A stretch of 26,275 nucleotides of DNA. It comes from Thermincola sp. (GTDB lineage Bacteria; Bacillota; Thermincolia; Thermincolales; UBA2595). The stretch lies in the NCBI GenBank assembly GCA_032027005.1, contig JAVSMW010000006.1:111268-137542 (forward strand), in the 5' to 3' direction. Of this stretch, positions 15,152-22,011 are shown piece after piece; the stretch's first letter is position 1, and every line of letters begins with the position of its first letter. The position numbers were made by a program, and so were the translations under genes. Under the pieces are notes generated by a model. It did no database searches. It was not told where the DNA came from and saw only the letters and a list, made by a program, of their open reading frames with translations.

Positions 15152-16158
15152 TGGCAATAATTAAAAAGAAAACTAATAATATTAAGAAAATTACTTCATT
15201 CAATGTTAATCTTTCATGTGTTATTGATGAAGAAAGTGGCCGTATCGCCTGCGAGAAGTGCGAAAAGTTTTTTGACTGCAAGGAACAAAGCAAGTGGGAC
15301 GTTTATAAACATGGGCGGCTAGCGCTGGCCCAGCGGAAAATGTCGTCAATTAAACATAAAATTGCCATTGTTGGCGGCAAGGGTGGCGTGGGCAAGACCA
15401 TGCTGGCCGTCAACATTGCCGCCGGACTGGCCAAGCGCGGGAAACGGGTGGCGGTCCTTGATTCCGATTATGACGGGTCCAGCGTCCCGAGGATGCTGGG
15501 GGTGGCTGATAAAAAGCTTTATATGGGTGCACAGGGTATTGAACCGGTGGAAGCTTTGCTGGGTATCAAGGTGGTTTCCATGGGGAACCTGAGGAATGAT
15601 AACGATATTGTTACGTGGTATTCCGATAGCCGACGGGGAGCCACAGAAGAGTTTATTACTCATGTCAACTATGGTGAGCTTGATTACTTGATTGTTGATT
15701 TGCCGCCGGGCACCAGCGCCGACACGGTGAACAGCATGCTGTTTATCCCGGATATGACCGGTATTGTCTTCATTACTGTTCCTTCCGAGGTTTCTCAGGG
15801 GGTAGCCTTACGGGCTGCTACGATCTGCGGCAAGGGCGGCGTCAAAGGAATCGGGATTGTTGAGAATATGAGCGGTCATGTCTGCCGGCACTGCGATCAT
15901 CGTTCCGAGATATATTCTACAGGGGGCGGAGAAAAACTCGCCGAAGCTACGGGAATACCACTGATCGGCAAGTTGCCGGTTGAAGGTTATGCCGGTATGG
16001 CCTGTGATGAAGGTGTACCGTTTGTGGTCGCCTACCCGGAAAGCGCATCCGCCAAAATTATGGAAAAAGTTGTTGATAAAATAGAAGAAGAAGTTCTTAC
16101 CAGTAGACGCGATTTGAGCCACCTTAACACGGATTACGGAAAACGCTCCTGGTGGTAA
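15151..16158 (+). CDS. Mrp/Nbp35-family P-loop ATPase with N-terminal 4-Cys motif (paralogue 5)
   Basis: An ATGA overlap with the upstream stop suggests translational coupling. It has GGKGGVGKTM, DLPPGTSAD, C23-x10-C34-x2-C37-x5-C43 and CRHCD. Confidence 0.88.
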   Translation: MAIIKKKTNNIKKITSFNVNLSCVIDEESGRIACEKCEKFFDCKEQSKWDVYKHGRLALAQRKMSSIKHKIAIVGGKGGVGKTMLAVNIAAGLAKRGKRVAVLDSDYDGSSVPRMLGVADKKLYMGAQGIEPVEALLGIKVVSMGNLRNDNDIVTWYSDSRRGATEEFITHVNYGELDYLIVDLPPGTSADTVNSMLFIPDMTGIVFITVPSEVSQGVALRAATICGKGGVKGIGIVENMSGHVCRHCDHRSEIYSTGGGEKLAEATGIPLIGKLPVEGYAGMACDEGVPFVVAYPESASAKIMEKVVDKIEEEVLTSRRDLSHLNTDYGKRSWW

Positions 16159-16173
16159 AAAAATGCGTAGAAA

Positions 16174-16187
16174 GTTCGTATAAGAAC
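16174..16187. promoter_or_regulatory. Operator-like site GTTCGTATAAGAAC (13/14 match to the 5382 palindrome)
   Basis: It lies in the 248-bp gap upstream of the small-protein/UbiD/ligase/UbiX module. A weaker copy, TTTTGTATATGAAC, lies at 16238-16251. Confidence 0.45.
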
Positions 16188-16406
16188 AATAAAGTACTCT
16201 GGGAGAGTTCTGATTAAGGGGAGGTGATAAAAACGTTTTTTGTATATGAACACAAAAGTAAACCGGGGGAATCGGAGGGGAGGTGAAAATAAAGAAAAAT
16301 TTTAAGACGATTGACAGGAAGAGGATAAGTTATCTAGGGTTTTGCTTCACACGTTGCGGGAATAATTTGTTTATTTAATTTAAAAAGCAAAGGAGGAGAG
16401 GTTTTA

Positions 16407-16787
16407 ATGTACGAAAAACCGTCAAACCGTTTGGAAATCCATAAAAATTTTACTTTTGGACCTGATCCTGATGAATTGAAAAAGCAGGAAGGCCGGGAGG
16501 TTTACGATGTAATCATCCTGTCGGACTCCATTGATGAGCTTACCAGTCAACAGAATCAGGAAATTACGCTAGCCATCAGGTTGCTTACTCCTAAAGACAG
16601 AAAGATGAGGTACTGCACTAGGACGGTCAGTGCGATGATCAGCAGCGATCCGACCAAATACCGTGATCGTTTGCATGTGCGGTTCCAGCGGGGGTTATTG
16701 CATCCGAAACCCTGGAGTATTGAAATTGTTAAAGAACTTGAGGGCTTGATGAGCTTGGAAGCCGATCACACCATAGCACGTTCTTAA
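16407..16787 (+). CDS. Small hypothetical protein (126 aa) immediately upstream of a UbiD gene (the abcD position by synteny)
   Basis: AAGGAGGAGAGG lies upstream and the next gene follows after 22 nt. I recognise no domain by eye. The assignment rests only on gene order. Confidence 0.6.
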   Translation: MYEKPSNRLEIHKNFTFGPDPDELKKQEGREVYDVIILSDSIDELTSQQNQEITLAIRLLTPKDRKMRYCTRTVSAMISSDPTKYRDRLHVRFQRGLLHPKPWSIEIVKELEGLMSLEADHTIARS

Positions 16788-16809
16788 ATATTGATAGAAA
16801 GGAAAGGTG

Positions 16810-18345
16810 ATGTCCAAGATGTATCGTGATTTAAGAGGATATATTGACGCATTGGAAAAAAACAACCAGTTAGTCAGAACCAATAAAGAAGTGGACTGGG
16901 ATCTTGAAGCCGGCGCCATAGCCCGGCTTGGTTACCAGTTAGACTCAAAAGCCATGTTGATGGAAAATATTAAAGATTATCCTGGTTTCCGGTATCTGGG
17001 TGGTGTATTTAGCAACTGGCAGCGGGCAGCGATCGCCATCGGGCTAAATCCTAACGCCTCCCGGCGCGAAATCCAGGATACATATCGCGAAAGGCTGGAC
17101 CATCCGATTAAGCCAATTATTATTGAGGATGCTCCCTGTCAGGAAAATGTCATTACCGATGAAGACGTCAACCTGTTCGACCTGCCGGCCCCCATGGTTC
17201 ACGACGGTGATGGCGGCAGATACCCAACTACCTGGTCTTTTGTAGCCACTCCTTCATATAACACCGACTGGATCAACTGGGGGATGTACCGCCAGATGAT
17301 TCATAACGAAAGGACATTGGGCGGCCTGGTGCTGCCTTCCCAGGATATTGGTATCCAGTATTACGGTGGCTGGGAACCAGCAGGTGAAAAGATGCCCTTT
17401 GCCGCTGTGATTGGCGGTGAGGTATTGACCACTGCTGTGGCTGCCGTTCCCTACGGAGTTGGACGGAGCGAGGTTGATTTCGCCGGGGGCTTGCTCCTGG
17501 AGCCGGTGGAGTTGGTCAAGTGCGTTTCAGTTGACCTTCTGGTCCCGGCCAATGCCGAAATCATTATTGAAGGATATGTCAGCCCGAAAGAACGCTGCTA
17601 TGAAGGGCCTTTCGGAGAGTATACCGGTTACCGGACTTCGCCGCGGATGCCGCGGGTGGCCTACCACGTGACCGCCATTACTTACCGCGATAACGCTATT
17701 ATGCCCTTTTCTAATATGGGCGTGCCGACAGATGAATGCGATATGATCGCCAATACGCTCTGGCGGGCCGACCTGATGCGGGTTCTGGAAGAAAACGGTA
17801 TACCGGTACTTGATGTATCGATGCCGACGGAAATGGTTATGCACTCAGCATTCATTTCCATCAAGAAACCTTACAGCAGTATTCCCAATAAGGTAGCTAA
17901 GCTGATCTTCGGTGAAAAGAATACTGGTCTTTTCCTTCACCAGATTTATGTTTGCGATGAGGATGTTGATGTTCAGGATCTATCTCAGGTTATGCATGTT
18001 TTTGCCACAAAATGGCATCCGAAACGGGGAACGCATTTCTTCGACAAGACGGTCGGCGTGCCGCTGCACCCATTCCTTGACATGGAAGAGAGAACCTGGA
18101 GCAAGGCATCTAAGGTTTGCTTTGACTGCACCTGGCCCAGCGAATGGTCGCCTACGGCGGAAGTCCCGGTCCGCTCCAGCTTCTGGGATATTTACCCAGA
18201 ACGGGTTATAGAAAAGGTCTGCAGCACCTGGAAGGAGTTTGGCCAAGATCAGGATATGCTGTCGGCACTGGCAGATTACAACCGCATCGGTCGTTGGCCT
18301 GGTAGTGAGACTTTTAATAAACCGGTAGTGACCAAGAAAAAGTAG
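16810..18345 (+). CDS. UbiD-like carboxylase, alpha-type (AbcA-like by synteny)
   Basis: The ORF starts at 16807. ATG 16810 or ATG 16819 could be the start, and AAAGGAAAGG lies upstream. UbiD blocks: LRGYIDALEKNNQL, HDGDGGRY, WINWGMYR, MPFAAVIGGE, LLVPANAEIIIEGYV..YEGPFGEYTGYR, ITYRDNAIMPF, IYVCDEDVDV. Confidence 0.9.
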   Translation: MSKMYRDLRGYIDALEKNNQLVRTNKEVDWDLEAGAIARLGYQLDSKAMLMENIKDYPGFRYLGGVFSNWQRAAIAIGLNPNASRREIQDTYRERLDHPIKPIIIEDAPCQENVITDEDVNLFDLPAPMVHDGDGGRYPTTWSFVATPSYNTDWINWGMYRQMIHNERTLGGLVLPSQDIGIQYYGGWEPAGEKMPFAAVIGGEVLTTAVAAVPYGVGRSEVDFAGGLLLEPVELVKCVSVDLLVPANAEIIIEGYVSPKERCYEGPFGEYTGYRTSPRMPRVAYHVTAITYRDNAIMPFSNMGVPTDECDMIANTLWRADLMRVLEENGIPVLDVSMPTEMVMHSAFISIKKPYSSIPNKVAKLIFGEKNTGLFLHQIYVCDEDVDVQDLSQVMHVFATKWHPKRGTHFFDKTVGVPLHPFLDMEERTWSKASKVCFDCTWPSEWSPTAEVPVRSSFWDIYPERVIEKVCSTWKEFGQDQDMLSALADYNRIGRWPGSETFNKPVVTKKK

Positions 18346-18469
18346 AATGAAGGGTTAAAAAAAGTATTCATGGTTTCTGGTTGTTAAACATGAGCAGGTA
18401 CAGAAGATGATTTTTAAAATGGAAAACGTAACTTTTGTGCCTGCTCAGACTAATTTTAAAGGTGGTGGA

Positions 18470-20032
18470 ATGATGACCGGGGGTAGCTTGATAATTCCTG
18501 AAAATTATAACGCTGTATCTTTTTTCGTTGACCGTCACCTGGCCGAAGGGCGTGGAGATAAGACGGCAATCTATTACCTGGATCAAAAGATTTCCTACCG
18601 GGAAGTAGCCGAAAATGTCAACAAAACGGGCAATGCCTTTTTAAATCTCGGAATTGAAACGGAGGACAGGATTCTTCTTTTACTTCTGGATTGTCCGGAA
18701 TTTGTTTACAGCTTTTTTGGCGCCATTAAAATCGGAGCTGTTCCTATACCCACCAATACGATGCTTAAGCCTACCGATTACGAATACCTTTTAAAAGACA
18801 GCCGGGCTAAGGCAATTGTTGTCAGTGAGGAACTGATTGAAAATATTAATGAAATTTCCAGCAACTTGCCCTCTGTTGAGCATATTATCGTCGTCGGTCG
18901 GTCGGGGCCGGGACAATTGAGTTTTCATAATCTTATTAAAAATGCCTCTCCGGTATTGAGCTTGGCTCCGACCATCAAGGATGATCCCTGTTTCTGGCTA
19001 TATAGTTCCGGCACCACTGGCTTCCCCAAAGGAGCAGTTCACTTGCAACATGATATGGTTTACTGTGCGGAGAACTATGCCCAAAAAGTTCTTAATATCA
19101 ATGAAGATGATGTGACATTTTCCGTAGCCAAGCTGTTTTTTGCTTACGGCCTGGGTAACGGGCTTTACTTTCCGTTCTCAGTGGGAGCGGCTACAGTTTT
19201 ATCTCCCCAACGTCCACTGCCTGAACATGTTTTTGAAGTTATTGAACGATACCGGCCAACGCTTTTCTTTGGTGTTCCGACTTCGTATTACGCTCTCCTA
19301 CAGTTAGCCGAGAAAGAAAACAAATATGATTTGAGTTCCATCCGTTTATGTGTTTCAGCAGGAGAAGCACTGCCGGAAATTATCTATCAACGCTGGATGG
19401 AAGAATTTGGCCTGGTAATTTTAGACGGTATCGGCTCGACCGAAATATTACACATCTTTATTTCCAACCAGCCCGGAGAGGTAAAACCCGGGAGCAGCGG
19501 CCGTCTGGTCCCTGGCTATGAAGCAAAAATCCTTGATGAGGATGGATGTGAAGTATCAACTGAAGAACAGGGGACCCTTTATATTAAAGGAGACAGCATT
19601 GCTTCTTATTATTGGAATAAACACGAAAAAAGCAAGCAGACTTTTGTTGGCGAATGGATCAATACCGGCGACAGGTATTACCGGGATAAGGATGGATATT
19701 TTTGGTATATGGGACGCGGGGATGATATGATTAAGAGCGGCGGGATTTGGGTGTCTCCGGTCGAGGTGGAAAGCACTTTGCTGCAGCACACGGCTGTTTT
19801 GGAGTGTGCCGTAACCGGGTGGGCCGATTCCGACGGGCTAATCAAACCCAAAGCCTTTGTGGTGCTGAAGCAAAACTCTCACGGAAACCAGGCCTTGGTG
19901 GAGGAGTTGCAGCAATTTGTCAAAAACAAAATTGCTCCGTACAAGTACCCGCGCTGGCTAGAATTTATTGATGAACTTCCGAAAACCGCTACCGGAAAGA
20001 TTCAAAGGTATAAGCTCCGGCAAGGGGGATAG
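18470..20032 (+). CDS. Aryl-CoA ligase (AMP-forming) of the benzoate-/4-hydroxybenzoate-CoA ligase subfamily
   Basis: The ORF starts at 18407. I prefer ATG 18470 or 18473, after AAAGGTGGTGG. Motifs: YSSGTTGFPKGAVH, YNAVSFFVDRHLAEGRGDKTAI, WINTGDRYYRDKDGYFWYMGRGDDMIKSGGIWVSPVEVE, PKTATGKIQR. Confidence 0.88.
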   Translation: MMTGGSLIIPENYNAVSFFVDRHLAEGRGDKTAIYYLDQKISYREVAENVNKTGNAFLNLGIETEDRILLLLLDCPEFVYSFFGAIKIGAVPIPTNTMLKPTDYEYLLKDSRAKAIVVSEELIENINEISSNLPSVEHIIVVGRSGPGQLSFHNLIKNASPVLSLAPTIKDDPCFWLYSSGTTGFPKGAVHLQHDMVYCAENYAQKVLNINEDDVTFSVAKLFFAYGLGNGLYFPFSVGAATVLSPQRPLPEHVFEVIERYRPTLFFGVPTSYYALLQLAEKENKYDLSSIRLCVSAGEALPEIIYQRWMEEFGLVILDGIGSTEILHIFISNQPGEVKPGSSGRLVPGYEAKILDEDGCEVSTEEQGTLYIKGDSIASYYWNKHEKSKQTFVGEWINTGDRYYRDKDGYFWYMGRGDDMIKSGGIWVSPVEVESTLLQHTAVLECAVTGWADSDGLIKPKAFVVLKQNSHGNQALVEELQQFVKNKIAPYKYPRWLEFIDELPKTATGKIQRYKLRQGG

Positions 20033-20087
20033 CTTCTCAAATATTGTTCTATGTAAATACTTGGACAGGAAAATGGAGGGATGAAGA

Positions 20088-20681
20088 ATGAAAAAGCTTG
20101 TTGTGGGGATATCCGGCGCAACAGGTGCCATTTACGGAATCAGACTATTGGAAGTACTACGCGAACTTGAGGTAGAGACGCATCTGGTTGTATCTGAAGG
20201 AGCGGCGCGGACTATCCGGATGGAAACGCAGTATGAATTTTCCGAAGTGACCAAGTTAGCTACACATGTTTATGACATTAAAAATGTCGGAGCTTCCATA
20301 GCAAGCGGATCTTTTCCAATCGATGGTATGGCTATCGTTCCCTGTTCCATTAAAAGTCTTTCGGCTTTGGCTAACTCTTACAATGATAATTTGTTAATTA
20401 GGGCGGCCGATGTTAACCTTAAAGAAAAAAGGAAAGTAGTGGTTATGGTTCGGGAGACGCCGTTGCATGTCGGCCACCTGCGCCTGATGATGCAGGTGGC
20501 CGAAGCCGGCGGGGTTATTCTTCCTCCAATGCCTGCTTTTTACCACCAGCCCCGGAGCCTCCAGGAAATAATTGATCAAACAATAGGGAAAGTTCTGGAT
20601 CAATTTGGTTTAGATGGTAAACTTTTTTCTCGATGGGAAGGCAGCGGAATATTAAGGTCTGTCAGCAAAAAAAGCATTTAG
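20088..20681 (+). CDS. ubiX: Flavin prenyltransferase UbiX (prFMN synthase)
   Basis: MKKLVVGISGATGAIYGIRLLEVL, MAIVPCSIKSLSALANSY.DNLLIRAADV.LKE.RK, PPMPAFYH. These form a classic UbiX/Pad1 pattern, and the protein is 197 aa. Confidence 0.93.
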   Translation: MKKLVVGISGATGAIYGIRLLEVLRELEVETHLVVSEGAARTIRMETQYEFSEVTKLATHVYDIKNVGASIASGSFPIDGMAIVPCSIKSLSALANSYNDNLLIRAADVNLKEKRKVVVMVRETPLHVGHLRLMMQVAEAGGVILPPMPAFYHQPRSLQEIIDQTIGKVLDQFGLDGKLFSRWEGSGILRSVSKKSI

Positions 20682-20690
20682 GGAAGTAAA

Positions 20691-20740
20691 CAGGGCCGCT
20701 TTAGAAATCTTTGAATATGTAAGCGGCCCTGTTATTTACT
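20691..20740 (+). terminator. Rho-independent terminator candidate ending the carboxylase locus
   Basis: A perfect 11-bp stem, CAGGGCCGCTT (20691-20701) with AAGCGGCCCTG (20721-20731), encloses a 19-nt loop. The tail is TTATTT. Confidence 0.65.
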
Positions 20741-20784
20741 CGCAGTTAGATGGGGAGGTTAATATTAGACGAGGTGAGGTTAGG

Positions 20785-21816
20785 ATGGATTCTCAGAAAA
20801 AAAGTTTGAGAGCCGTTATTTTCAACCCCGAAGGTGTTTTGTTTACTACTCGGGAAAACAGTAACCCACTGTCGGAGGGAATTCAAGAAGAGCAGCAGTT
20901 GATTTCTCCTTCTAAAATTGACATAAAGCCTGGCGCCGTAGAAAATTTGGTTTTGCTTAATCGAATGGGTTTCAAAATAGGCCTTTTGTTGTTAAGTCAT
21001 CACCGGGATTTTGAGCAGGCTTTAATTCATTTGGGCTTAATTTCCAAAAATATTTTTCTAATTTCCGATGCTAATACTCAAAATTACTATCAAGAAGGTC
21101 ATAAGTTGATCTTATTAATTAAAGAATGTCTGCAACAAATGGAAGTTAAGATTAACGAAACTTTTTACGTGGGAAGTACACCTGATGATTATTGGGCTGG
21201 GCATATTATCGGGATGAAAACATTAGCTATCGGCAATGGCTTAAATAATCAGAATTTGCATCAGAATTTGCCACAGCCGACTAATATTTTTCCGGAAATT
21301 CATGATCTGATAAATTTTATTTACGAGTTAGAAAAAAGTCAGCGTACACTCTTTTTAACCGAAAATATTTATAAGACTTTTCGCGGTTTAAGCTCAAAAT
21401 TCTCAGTTTTTTCAGAACGTTATGGGATTCCTCCCGCTCAAATGGCTGCCATGCAAAAACTTCGCAAGAAAGATGGGGTTGCTATATCTCAACTCGCCAA
21501 AGAGATGGGACTTTTGCTTAGTTCAATTTCCGGTTTGGTTAACAGGATGATTAAGCAAGGATTAATTACAAAAAAGAAGGATGAACGGGATAGCCGGGTT
21601 AGCAAGATTTATGTTACTGAGAAAGGAAGGGAAATCATTGGTAAATTATCTTCTTTTAGCCTGGAGATAGAGAACTATTTTGAAAATTATGTCGACAAGG
21701 AAGATCTTTTATGTTTAAGTAGAAATTTACAGAAAATTACCAGTGTACTGGATACGAAACCATATTTTAACTCTGAATCCAAAACATACACCGAGTTTCG
21801 GGAAGCGAATAATTGA
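20785..21816 (+). CDS. Fusion regulator: N-terminal degenerate HAD-like domain plus C-terminal MarR-type winged helix
   Basis: The C-terminal part is typical MarR: ISQLAKEMGLLLSSISGLVNRMIKQGLITKKKDERDSRVSKIYVTEKGREII. The N-terminal part follows the HAD layout, but motif I is VIFNPEGVL (both Asp lost) and motif IV is VGSTPDD. Confidence 0.75.
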   Translation: MDSQKKSLRAVIFNPEGVLFTTRENSNPLSEGIQEEQQLISPSKIDIKPGAVENLVLLNRMGFKIGLLLLSHHRDFEQALIHLGLISKNIFLISDANTQNYYQEGHKLILLIKECLQQMEVKINETFYVGSTPDDYWAGHIIGMKTLAIGNGLNNQNLHQNLPQPTNIFPEIHDLINFIYELEKSQRTLFLTENIYKTFRGLSSKFSVFSERYGIPPAQMAAMQKLRKKDGVAISQLAKEMGLLLSSISGLVNRMIKQGLITKKKDERDSRVSKIYVTEKGREIIGKLSSFSLEIENYFENYVDKEDLLCLSRNLQKITSVLDTKPYFNSESKTYTEFREANN

Positions 21817-21884
21817 ATGTGAAGAACCTTAACTTAACCTTAAAAAGATTAATCCATTATATTGGCCAAATCCATTAATATCCA

Positions 21885-21925
21885 GGGTAGTGATTTCAGG
21901 TCAGTGTCAAAATCACTACCCTTTT
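21885..21925 (+). terminator. Rho-independent terminator candidate
   Basis: A perfect 12-bp stem, GGGTAGTGATTT (21885-21896) with AAATCACTACCC (21910-21921), encloses a 13-nt loop. It is followed by TTTT. Confidence 0.75.
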
Positions 21926-22011
21926 AAATAGATTCATTTGTACTGCATAAGTCCTGAAAAAAATCACGTATATATGACCATCTAAATATTTGGATTGGAA
22001 AATATTATAAT

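Noticed and set aside
16283-16378. A 31-aa ORF starting at a GTG inside the second orphan SD (VKIKKNFKTIDRKRISYLGFCFTRCGNNLFI).
   Set aside because: The start codon is part of the SD-like string itself, so there is no usable spacing. No conservation evidence is available.
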